Origin: Candidatus Saccharimonas aalborgensis
GTDB lineage: Bacteria; Patescibacteriota; Saccharimonadia; Saccharimonadales; Saccharimonadaceae
Length of the DNA stretch: 32,000 nucleotides
Assembly: GCF_000392435.1 (NCBI RefSeq)
Contig: NC_021219.1
Coordinates: 480,001-512,000 of the forward strand
Direction of reading: 5' to 3'
Shown here: positions 1 through 7,901 of the stretch, one piece after another
Position numbering within the stretch: position 1 is the first letter of the stretch
Layout: every line of letters begins with the position of its first letter
Program-made: the position numbers and the translations under genes
Notes under the pieces: generated by a model
Told to the model about the DNA's origin: nothing
The model's input: only the letters and a program-made list of their open reading frames with translations
Databases searched by the model: none

Positions 1-2
1 AT

Positions 3-968
3 ACTGTTGCGCCAACTGCCAGCATAACTCCACTCCTCAGCAACTCGGGCTCACCAGCCCTCTCTGGCGCTGTCTCAGACCCATCAGCGACGGTTACCGT
101 AACTGTCAATGGTACGACATACACCGCTACCAACAACGGCGACGGCACCTGGAGTCTGCCAGCTGGTACGATAGCACCAGCACTTGCCGACGGGCCCTAT
201 GACATCGTCATAACGGCAACTGACGGCGTGGGCAATACGGGTACCGACAGCACAGCCGACGAGCTAACGATAGACAAAACTGCTCCAACCGGTTCGCTTG
301 CTCCGGTGGCTCCGGGTATTACCAACAGCCCAGCCCTCTCTGGCACCGTTTCAGATCCTTCGGCGATTGTCACCGTGACTGTCGATGGCACGACATACAC
401 CGCTACCAACAACGGCGACGGCACCTGGAGTCTGCCAGCTGGCACGATAGCACCGGCACTGAACCCTGGCACGTACGATGTGGTTGTTTCATTCACAGAC
501 ACCGCCGGTAACACGTCAACCGACCCGACAACCAATGAGCTGGTTATCCAGCGTAGCGATGCCGACCTCCCAACGGTGAATCCACTCAGCGCCTCAGGCG
601 GCCAGCCGATTATTACCGGAACCTATGACGCCGAAAACAGCCAAAGCCTGTCAGTCACCGTCAATGGTGTTGCGTACGTGCTCGGGGTTGCAACACAGCT
701 TACGGTCAGCGGCAATACCTGGAGGCTCGATCTTAGTTCGCTGAGCCCAGCACTTCCTGCTGGCGCTTATGACGTGAAGGTAGCAGTTACGACACGAGGA
801 GGAGCGGTGCTTGGCGATAGTACAGCAGCAGAGCTAGTACTGAGTGCGCCAGCAAACCCCCTAGCCAGTACTGGATTATCCATCATTGTGCCGACAGTCT
901 TCGGACTGGCACTCATTGTCACGAGCATGGTGCTTATATATCGCGCGAAACAACACAATAAGTTCTAG
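3..968 (+). CDS. Surface adhesin-like protein with tandem bacterial Ig-like repeats and a C-terminal LAxTG sortase signal (5' end outside window)
   Basis: The frame is open from nt 3, with no stop before the tracked Met at 228, so the gene enters from the left edge. It carries a repeating ~92-aa unit, SPALSG.VSDPSA.VTVTV.GTTYTATNNGDGTWSLPAGTIAPAL...TD..GNT, typical of adhesin Ig-like domains. The C-terminus is LASTG, then a hydrophobic helix (LSIIVPTVFGLALIVTSMVLIY), then a basic tail (RAKQHNKF). Confidence 0.85.
   Translation, partial: TVAPTASITPLLSNSGSPALSGAVSDPSATVTVTVNGTTYTATNNGDGTWSLPAGTIAPALADGPYDIVITATDGVGNTGTDSTADELTIDKTAPTGSLAPVAPGITNSPALSGTVSDPSAIVTVTVDGTTYTATNNGDGTWSLPAGTIAPALNPGTYDVVVSFTDTAGNTSTDPTTNELVIQRSDADLPTVNPLSASGGQPIITGTYDAENSQSLSVTVNGVAYVLGVATQLTVSGNTWRLDLSSLSPALPAGAYDVKVAVTTRGGAVLGDSTAAELVLSAPANPLASTGLSIIVPTVFGLALIVTSMVLIYRAKQHNKF
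55..461 (+). repeat. Intragenic tandem repeat with a 276-bp (92-codon) period
   Basis: 55-185 aligns with 331-461. The perfect 53-bp core is 114-166 = 390-442 (acgacatacaccgctaccaacaacggcgacggcacctggagtctgccagctgg). The flanks are diverged. Confidence 0.9.
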
Positions 969-1046
969 TAGGGCCTCATCAATCTTTCCTCCCTTTATGT
1001 TGTCGTGTAGCTCTGTAGTGCATCGTAGCACTGAATGGAAAATTGC

Positions 1047-1442
1047 CTATTTCTCAGTGACGTTGACTGTAACGGTTTGTTCACCGCGACCATATTTACT
1101 GTCGCAAGTAAGATGAAAAGTGTACGGCCTTACATCATTCAGGCGTCCAGTACTAGCACTTCCCGTCGAAGTTTTCTCGCCGCTCCAGTCTCCATCCGCC
1201 TTACAACTTTGTGCCGCTCCAACAACAGACCAATTAAGTACACTATACTGTCCAACCACCTGCTGTTGTGGTTCGACGGACAATGTGATGACAGGAGGAG
1301 TACCTTGTGCTCCCGATGTTACAACAACCGAGCTATCATTAACATTGTTAATCTTTGAGAAAAACACCCCCTTCACCAAGATAAGACCCGTAACAGCCAT
1401 TGTTACAATTATCACAACACCGACAGTTCTCTTTATCCACAT
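1047..1442 (-). CDS. Membrane-anchored protein with a single two-Cys Ig-like domain, a paralog of the repeats in 3486-4958
   Basis: N-terminal TM helix (VGVVIIVTMAVTGLILV). The domain motif is LNWSVVGAAQSCKADGDWSGEKTSTGSASTG...YTFHLTC...TVTVNV, the same pattern that occurs three times in the 490-aa neighbour. A GGAGG Shine-Dalgarno (SD) sequence lies 4 nt upstream of the ATG at 1442. The gap to the upstream gene is 12 nt. Confidence 0.8.
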   Translation of the reverse strand: MWIKRTVGVVIIVTMAVTGLILVKGVFFSKINNVNDSSVVVTSGAQGTPPVITLSVEPQQQVVGQYSVLNWSVVGAAQSCKADGDWSGEKTSTGSASTGRLNDVRPYTFHLTCDSKYGRGEQTVTVNVTEK

Positions 1443-1454
1443 ATATCCTCCATA

Positions 1455-2855
1455 TTACATTGAAAATTCTTCGCTATGTATACTAGTACGGGGAACGCCC
1501 CTGTCTTGAAGTTGCACTTTCAGCGCTCGCATCATGCTAGGAGGACCGCATAAGTACACGTCTCGTCCCACAATGGTTCCTGAAACTCTCTCTATATAAT
1601 CAAGGTCAAGTAATGACCCTTGTTCATCCCCGATAAAGGGCACAACACAAAGGACATCTCTTCTGAGGGCCACCTCACTCGCAAGGAGCTCCCAGTCAAT
1701 TATTTCGCTCCTGGTCTTAACTGAATAGAACAAATATACCCTGTACCCGACCGAAGGCAAATCTTTGATCATCGAAATGAACGGAGTGATTCCTATACCT
1801 CCGGCGATCCACACCTGATCCCTGTTGTCATAGTTGGCATAGTTGAATTTTCCGTACGCACCCTCAACTTCTGCGATTGTGCCGGGCTGTACCTGCAAGA
1901 GCCTACTTGTGTAATCGCCTAAGGACTTAATTGACAATTGCAAATCCGAGTCTACCTGTGAGGATGATGATATTGAAAAAGGGTGCCACTCCCGGCCAAC
2001 ACCTGCGGTATGCAGGAATCTGATAAAAACAAACTGACCTGACATATAGTTAAATGCACGACCATTTGGGGTAAGATAGAATCTAACAACACCCGACCCA
2101 AGGTCTGATACTCTGTCGACCACAAAATGATATTTCCTGATCAAGATCTGACCCATAAGGGTTCGGTAAATAAATGCAATACAACCGACAACAACCGCGC
2201 CGAGCAGATACCATTTTAATAACGTATCATCAGAGGTGTCACTCTGGATAAAGAAAATATGCAGTGCGATCATCAAAAAAACAAGACCGAGGAACTTATG
2301 TGAGATGAGCCAGATTCTGTAGGGAAGCTTTATGAAAATCGTAACAAGCAATAAGCCAACCATCAACCAGAGCGCCAATATACCCATGAAAATCGCCCAT
2401 TTGTCGAGAACAACCCCGTGTAATACATGTGAGGTATCGAAAAGTGCCGACCATGGAGTAAGACCGCCAGGCAAGAGAAATAGTGCAGCGTCTCTCACGC
2501 TACTTTCTGAGCGCATGAGTGCTAGCCCCAGCGGGTGTAGCAGCGTAAAAATTAGAGAAAAGCTACCTACGATATGATGCGTAATATACACATGATTCAG
2601 ACCATCAAAAAGCCACTCGAGTATTCTCATACGGGTCATCAAGACAAGGCTAAGTGAGTAGAGAACGGTTCCCACGATGCCCGAGATCAGGCCTATGTTT
2701 TCCATTGTCTGTCCTGGCGTTCCCCACAAATTTCCTGTTTGAATACGCCACCACAAGAAGACGGGGATCAGAGTCAGGACAGCAATCATGGCCCAGCCTA
2801 TCAGGGAACCAAGCCTAAAGCTGATCGTTACTTGCTTGCGGGTACTATTGTGCAT
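1455..2855 (-). CDS. NOX/FRE-family transmembrane flavocytochrome: ferric-reductase di-heme TM domain plus FAD- and NAD(P)H-binding dehydrogenase domain
   Basis: The N-terminal half is multi-TM and carries two His pairs with NOX spacing: THHIVGSFSLIFTLLH (H-x13-H) and HKFLGLVFLMIALH (H-x12-H). FAD motif HPFSISS, NAD(P)H motif AGGIGITPF, and C-terminal CGPPSMM, as in the FNR/NOX dehydrogenase domain. Confidence 0.85.
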   Translation of the reverse strand: MHNSTRKQVTISFRLGSLIGWAMIAVLTLIPVFLWWRIQTGNLWGTPGQTMENIGLISGIVGTVLYSLSLVLMTRMRILEWLFDGLNHVYITHHIVGSFSLIFTLLHPLGLALMRSESSVRDAALFLLPGGLTPWSALFDTSHVLHGVVLDKWAIFMGILALWLMVGLLLVTIFIKLPYRIWLISHKFLGLVFLMIALHIFFIQSDTSDDTLLKWYLLGAVVVGCIAFIYRTLMGQILIRKYHFVVDRVSDLGSGVVRFYLTPNGRAFNYMSGQFVFIRFLHTAGVGREWHPFSISSSSQVDSDLQLSIKSLGDYTSRLLQVQPGTIAEVEGAYGKFNYANYDNRDQVWIAGGIGITPFISMIKDLPSVGYRVYLFYSVKTRSEIIDWELLASEVALRRDVLCVVPFIGDEQGSLLDLDYIERVSGTIVGRDVYLCGPPSMMRALKVQLQDRGVPRTSIHSEEFSM

Positions 2856-2879
2856 ATTCGTCAGGAAGCATTTCTTATA

Positions 2880-3470
2880 TTAATGGAGGACATCAATAAC
2901 TAATGGCACCGACTTATCCCAGCCGGTATCGACGTAAAGGAGGGATGTCGCGACCGTAGACGGCACAACAAACGTTATCTGTCCGTTCAGAGTCTCTTCT
3001 GGGTCAATTTCTTGAGCGGGGATGGGCGTTGTCGCATAACTAGATATATGAAGCGCACTGTAGGTACCCTCCTCGCTGCGTACATATAGATGATTTACCG
3101 GGATGAAGTGTTGACGTTTTTTTGTTTTATTTTTGATAGTTATGTCCATGGCCAGTATTTTTTGTGAACTATCGATTGGAAATACTTGATCAGTTTCATG
3201 CATTGCAACGTTACGCACCTGGGCCTGGACTGAGCCGTTATCTGCCATCTGTAAAGATGTGGTCGAACTGGGGTATATAGTTACCGGCTGGTAGGGCGTT
3301 CCATGGACTATAATTCGAACAATAAACACAGTGTTGAGCACCACTAGCGTTGTTATGCCTAAAACAAATGCTGCGAAAAGCAAGCTATGTTGATGACGAA
3401 ATCTTTCAAATCTTTCGTTTGCTGTCGGTTTACGAAACCTGAATATTCTTTTTACTATGCCCTTGGTCAT
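2880..3470 (-). CDS. Membrane-anchored exported protein, DUF4352-like beta-sandwich
   Basis: N-terminal basic region plus TM helix (LLFAAFVLGITTLVVLNTVFIV). The C-terminal pattern ILAMDITIKNKTKKRQHF...LYVRSEEGTYSA...ETLNGQITFVVPS resembles DUF4352. A GGAGG SD lies 5 nt upstream of the ATG at 3470. Confidence 0.65.
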   Translation of the reverse strand: MTKGIVKRIFRFRKPTANERFERFRHQHSLLFAAFVLGITTLVVLNTVFIVRIIVHGTPYQPVTIYPSSTTSLQMADNGSVQAQVRNVAMHETDQVFPIDSSQKILAMDITIKNKTKKRQHFIPVNHLYVRSEEGTYSALHISSYATTPIPAQEIDPEETLNGQITFVVPSTVATSLLYVDTGWDKSVPLVIDVLH

Positions 3471-3485
3471 CTTTTCCTCCCATCA

Positions 3486-4958
3486 CTATGGTTTTGATGC
3501 ATCGTAGTACCCAACCCTATAGCCTATCAGCGCACTCGATGTTGTGTTATTGATCGTATCAGACTTGTGCGAGAAGGTAGAGTTGGATCGTTTATCCTTG
3601 TAGCCAGGTATACTTGCAGAGCCTTTGAGGATAGAGTTGATGCTGTGATTGCAGGTTGCGCCAGCGTTCTCAAGTGTGGATGATGATCCTGACATAATAC
3701 CGCCTTTGTGAACAGGTGAGTAGCTTGTTATGTTTATGACCCAATCATTATTCCATGCCCAACAGTTACCCACTGAAGCGTGCGCTGCGAGGTCACTCTT
3801 CCCGTAACAGGGTGTCTTACCAGCACAGTACACTGGTGCGGGGTTGACGGTCAGGCTGACCGATTTCGTACCCGTACCGCCACTGTTTGCGCAGGATAGC
3901 GTGTACGTATAAGTACCGGTCGTCTTACTTCCCGTACTTTGTGACCCGCTGGATGCTTTTGAACCCGTCCAGCCACCTGTGCCTCCGGCTGTGCAACTCG
4001 TAGGGCTGTTTGTCACACTCCACGAGAGAGTGGCTGCCGATCCCGAAAGGATGGTAGCTGGGCTTATAGACAGGCTCACCACTGGAGGACTGACGACGGG
4101 CGCATTTGCCGAAACAGTTATGTTAGTAGTCGCAGTTTCCGAACCAGCACCGTTGCTGCACGTCAGTGAATAGCTAAATATGCCAACACTTGACAGCGTT
4201 CCCGTACTTTGTGACCCGCTGGATGCTTTTGAACCCGTCCAGCCACCTGTGCCTCCGGCTGTGCAACTCGTAGGGCTGTTTGTCACACTCCACGAGAGAG
4301 TGGCTGCACTACCAACCTTTATACTATTAGGTGTAATCGTAAGCGAAACTTTTGGCCTTGTTGCCGTATTGCCTGAACCAGTATTTTGCGTTGGCGCAGG
4401 AGTCTGTGGCTCTGGGTTTACTACTGGCACCACATCTCCCACGGCTATACTGACAACCGCAAAGCTTGTCGCCCTCCCAGTAGAGCAGGTTAATGTGAAT
4501 AAGTATATTTTCGGCTTATCGAGGCTAGTAGAGGTCTCATTGCCTTGTACCGATTTGTCGCCAGACCAATCATCGCTCGCCGAGCATCGTGCCGAATTGT
4601 CCGAGACGCTCCAGGTGAGGGTTACCTTTTCACCAATGGCTACTGCCTGCTTGTCAGATGTCAGTGTTATCGACGGCATAACGGGTACCGTCTCGGGGTT
4701 TATTGCATCTGGTGTCATTTGCCCGCTAGTTAACCCGTCAAGGCTGTATGTTGATCGGAAGCTTTGGTTACTCACTAATATGCTGACCACTATAATTGCA
4801 ATCATACTAAGGATCGTCACTATCGACGTAAGAGCAACAATAATTTGCGTTAACCGGACCCCCTTGGGCAGTTGATTAATTGGGAAACTCAGCACGATTG
4901 TTTTTAGCACAACATCTAAGCCTAATCTTTTATTCCTTGAATTGTTATATTTTAGCAC
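3486..4958 (-). CDS. Membrane-anchored exported protein: three two-Cys Ig-like domains plus a C-terminal cytochrome-b5-like heme/steroid-binding domain (putative)
   Basis: TM helix (IIVALTSIVTILSMIAIIVVSILV). There are three copies of the motif (V/A)TL(T/S)WSV...C.A...W(S/T)G.K...G..ST......Y.(F/Y).L(T/S)C. The last ~114 aa read DLAAHASVGNCWAWNNDWVINITSYSPVHKGG-x17-CNHS, which parallels the b5 pattern H....(D)CW....G.VYD(V/L)T.F...HPGG...GHS. The start is uncertain: the tracked start at 4958 is GTG with no clear SD. Confidence 0.75.
   Translation of the reverse strand: MLKYNNSRNKRLGLDVVLKTIVLSFPINQLPKGVRLTQIIVALTSIVTILSMIAIIVVSILVSNQSFRSTYSLDGLTSGQMTPDAINPETVPVMPSITLTSDKQAVAIGEKVTLTWSVSDNSARCSASDDWSGDKSVQGNETSTSLDKPKIYLFTLTCSTGRATSFAVVSIAVGDVVPVVNPEPQTPAPTQNTGSGNTATRPKVSLTITPNSIKVGSAATLSWSVTNSPTSCTAGGTGGWTGSKASSGSQSTGTLSSVGIFSYSLTCSNGAGSETATTNITVSANAPVVSPPVVSLSISPATILSGSAATLSWSVTNSPTSCTAGGTGGWTGSKASSGSQSTGSKTTGTYTYTLSCANSGGTGTKSVSLTVNPAPVYCAGKTPCYGKSDLAAHASVGNCWAWNNDWVINITSYSPVHKGGIMSGSSSTLENAGATCNHSINSILKGSASIPGYKDKRSNSTFSHKSDTINNTTSSALIGYRVGYYDASKP
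3929..4307 (-). repeat. 109-bp perfect direct repeat at a 270-bp (90-codon) spacing inside the Ig-repeat gene
   Basis: 3929-4037 is identical to 4199-4307 by direct comparison of the two stretches. The repeat encodes ATLSWSVTNSPTSCTAGGTGGWTGSKASSGSQSTG in both the second and third domains. Confidence 0.95.
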
Positions 4959-5526
4959 AAGTACAATGTCTTCTCATAATTGGGCGCACCTGGTAGCCTA
5001 CAGTCTTAGGCATTTGCCTACCTAGTACGCGAAATCGAACTCATTAGCAGAGCTACAAAATGTTTGACAGTTTCGGGTAATGTAACCCTATCGGTACAGA
5101 TCCATGTCAAAGGAGGATGATATGGATATGTACAAACTTAACCAAGTACCGAACGAAACCAAGATCAAAATGTGCTTACACCGTGTTCTCTATGGCGGCA
5201 AGAATATATTGTCCAGAATGCCGTAGATGCCTTGTCTGCTGCTATGAAGACCGCAATCGTTGCAAACGGTGGCCTGGGCAGCATAATGTCGACACACATA
5301 AATGCTTTGAGTTCGGGCAGACGAGCGAACAAGAGAGGATGTTTGGCTGTATGAGAACCCCAATCTGCAGAATGTATCACCACATCACACCAGAAACGGC
5401 CACAGACTACGTGAGTGAATTTTGTGTCAGATTTTCCACACCAGAATTATTCGAATCACTCCATAAATATTTAGATAGAACACTAATTTTTGTACTAAGA
5501 GGTTGACAGTACCCGCAGTTTCGCTA

Positions 5527-5555
5527 TTGACATAATAATTATGTTTTGGTATCAT
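5527..5555 (+). promoter_or_regulatory. Candidate sigma70-type promoter for the phosphoesterase gene
   Basis: TTGACA (5527-5532), a 17-nt spacer, then TATCAT (5550-5555), about 67 nt upstream of the ATG at 5623. Confidence 0.35.
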
Positions 5556-5622
5556 TCGGGTTACACAGAGATATTTGTGCGGTGAGCATAGAGAAAAGAA
5601 AAATAAAAAACGGAGAAATAAA

Positions 5623-7602
5623 ATGAAACTGTATCGTCCTGGTTTATCAAGGCTAATTGTGAGCCGCCTGGCTTTGTTTGGTGTTGTCATCGCTTTTGCG
5701 GTAAGCGTGATGAATATGAGCAGCTTCTTAGTAAAAGCAAGCCCTGTAGCTTTCTCGTTCGGTACCGGTGGCGATCACGGTAATCATCCAGATTCTCAGG
5801 GGGTTTTTGAGGCAGCTGGCCAGTCTGGGATTAGCTTCTTTCAGACAAATGGGGATATGAGTTATCTTGATAGCCCAACCAATAACATAAGCACTGCGAC
5901 AACCGAGTGGTGCTCTATGGTCAATAGCAAGCTGGGCTCCATACCGTTCCTTGCCCTCAATGGTAACCATGAAGAGCCAGGACATGCCGGAGTTGACGGC
6001 GATAATATCGATAACATCATCAGTGGCGGATGCCTTCCAAAGCCGGCATCAATGAATGTCGTGGAATCACCTCTTACAACAGGGAGTGCTGGAACTACAC
6101 CCACAAATTACGGACGTGAGTACTACTATGATTATCCGTCTGTAAATCCGATCGCTCGATTTATCGCCGTCTCGGCTGATATTGATACATATGTTGGTGG
6201 CAACTATGACTATAGCGTAGGCAGTGCTCACTACAACTGGGTGCAGGCTCGCATACAAGAAGCAAAAGCGTCGGGGATGTGGGTAATCGTCATAAATCAC
6301 ACGCCGATCATGAATACCGGTGGTTCGCATGGTGGTACCGACTACTCTACCGTTACTCCTCTCTTTAATCTAGCTATCGATGAGAAGGTCGATCTGTTTC
6401 TGTCCGGCCATGAGCACAACTATGAGCGCAGTAAACAAATAGGAGGTGCTAGCTGTAACTACACATTCAATACCTATAGCGCAAACTGTATCGCTGATGC
6501 AAATGCAAACACCTATACGGCTGGAAATGGTACGATTGCAGTGATCACGGGCTCAACAGGAGGAAACTACAATACCGGTGATGGCCTTATGATAGCGATC
6601 AATGCAAGTGACCCGGATTATCAATATTTCGCCACTACTATGGGACGGGGTTCTGCGGATGAGACACGTGGTTTTTCTAAGTTCGATGTCACCGAAACAA
6701 GCATTACGGGTCACTTTGTGGCAGGCGTTGGCCAAACCGGAGGCTTTACAGATACCTTCACCATCACTCGTAACGATACCACTGCACCAACCGTTAGCCT
6801 GGATACGCCGACGACGGGTACGGTAAGTGGAATGGTTAACATGGCAGCAACAGCAAGCGATGCAGTTGGTGTCACAAAAGTCGAGTTTTACCAGGGTGCA
6901 ACAAAGCTCGGTGAAGATCTGTCGTCACCATACGCCTACGGCTGGGATACTACATCGGTCGCAAATGGTAATTACAGTCTAACTGCAAAAGCATTCGATG
7001 CCGCTGGGAACATTAGTACAAGTAGCGCAGTCAGTGTGACAGTAAGCAATGGCGGTGGAGGGGGTGCTACGACATCGAGCTTTACTGTGGCGGGAGCTAA
7101 TAATTCTTCGGTAACCTTTACTGTGGCGGGCCCGTGTAACAATATTACGTCTCACGAGGTCGCCGATGCCTCCAAGGCACCAACAGGTCAGACCTTGCTT
7201 GCGAGCGCCGACTTCTCGATGTCATGTGCATACGCCGGTGATGCAACAACTGTTGTTATAAATCTTGGTGCAACTTACGATACATCTCATCTTCGAGTTC
7301 ATAAACTCGCTGGGTCAACCTTGACCGATATCACATCGCACGCTACTTTCGGAACCGATGGTAACTACACTACCGTGACCTATACTGTGACGGATGGTGG
7401 GTTCGGTGATGAAGACACCCTTGCGAATGCTATCGTTGTAGATCCTGTGTATGTCACCGTTGCTGGTGCATCAACAACTGGCCCCGGAGTGCTTGCGGAC
7501 ACCGGTACCAATAGCGTACTGCTGACGATAGTCGGAGTTGTCGTGGCTGTTCTCGGACTAATCGGAGCCATAACCTCTAGGGTTAAACGCGTTACTCTAT
7601 AG
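5623..7602 (+). CDS. Cell-wall-anchored metallophosphoesterase (purple-acid-phosphatase-like) with Ig-like domains and an LAxTG sortase signal
   Basis: PAP/calcineurin-like motif set: GGDHG, GDMSY, GNHE, VINHTP, GHEHNYER. A signal peptide follows the ATG at 5623 (MKLYRPGLSRLIVSRLALFGVVIAFAVSV), and a GGAG SD sits at 5612-5615; the tracked start at 5575 is TTG. An Ig-like domain is present (VGVTKVEFYQGATKLGEDLSSPYAYGWDTTSVANGNYSLTAKAFDAAGN). The DGGFGDEDTLANAIVVDP motif is followed by LADTG, a hydrophobic helix and RVKRVTL. Confidence 0.85.
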   Translation: MKLYRPGLSRLIVSRLALFGVVIAFAVSVMNMSSFLVKASPVAFSFGTGGDHGNHPDSQGVFEAAGQSGISFFQTNGDMSYLDSPTNNISTATTEWCSMVNSKLGSIPFLALNGNHEEPGHAGVDGDNIDNIISGGCLPKPASMNVVESPLTTGSAGTTPTNYGREYYYDYPSVNPIARFIAVSADIDTYVGGNYDYSVGSAHYNWVQARIQEAKASGMWVIVINHTPIMNTGGSHGGTDYSTVTPLFNLAIDEKVDLFLSGHEHNYERSKQIGGASCNYTFNTYSANCIADANANTYTAGNGTIAVITGSTGGNYNTGDGLMIAINASDPDYQYFATTMGRGSADETRGFSKFDVTETSITGHFVAGVGQTGGFTDTFTITRNDTTAPTVSLDTPTTGTVSGMVNMAATASDAVGVTKVEFYQGATKLGEDLSSPYAYGWDTTSVANGNYSLTAKAFDAAGNISTSSAVSVTVSNGGGGGATTSSFTVAGANNSSVTFTVAGPCNNITSHEVADASKAPTGQTLLASADFSMSCAYAGDATTVVINLGATYDTSHLRVHKLAGSTLTDITSHATFGTDGNYTTVTYTVTDGGFGDEDTLANAIVVDPVYVTVAGASTTGPGVLADTGTNSVLLTIVGVVVAVLGLIGAITSRVKRVTL

Positions 7603-7742
7603 AGTGTTCTCGGAGTTATACTGATGTTACCTATGCTACAAACAACTTTGTTGTACCCGTAGACGACTGAGGGTTGCCTTACTCCGACTAACATGGCAGA
7701 CATCCATTCTAGTGATGGGAGGTGCGCCGATAACAAAGTTTT

Positions 7743-7788
7743 TCTGATGCTGCATGAACATAGTAGCTTAATGCTCTGCAGCATCAGA
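7743..7788. repeat. 12-bp perfect inverted repeat with a 22-nt loop
   Basis: tctgatgctgca (7743-7754) is the exact reverse complement of tgcagcatcaga (7777-7788). It is followed by cttt, which is only a weak U-tract. Confidence 0.8.
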
Positions 7789-7901
7789 CTTTAGGTATAA
7801 GATATAATCTAGGCCAAGACATTGAAGAGGAGGCCTATATTAACAAAAGGATAGGTTCTGCTTCGCAAAAGCCTAGAAAAAATCGCCCAAGAGAGCGATA
7901 A

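Noticed and set aside
5007-5020. Palindrome TAGGCA-tt-TGCCTA upstream of the NOX operon, as a possible operator
   Set aside because: It is only 6+6 nt and occurs once. There is no second copy and no matching regulator to tie it to. It is too weak to call.
5117-5506. 129-aa ORF in the large gap
   Set aside because: Its ATG directly abuts the SD with zero spacing. The product is rich in Cys, Arg and Lys with no hydrophobic core, which is typical of an out-of-frame reading. The region is kept only as an unexplained gap.
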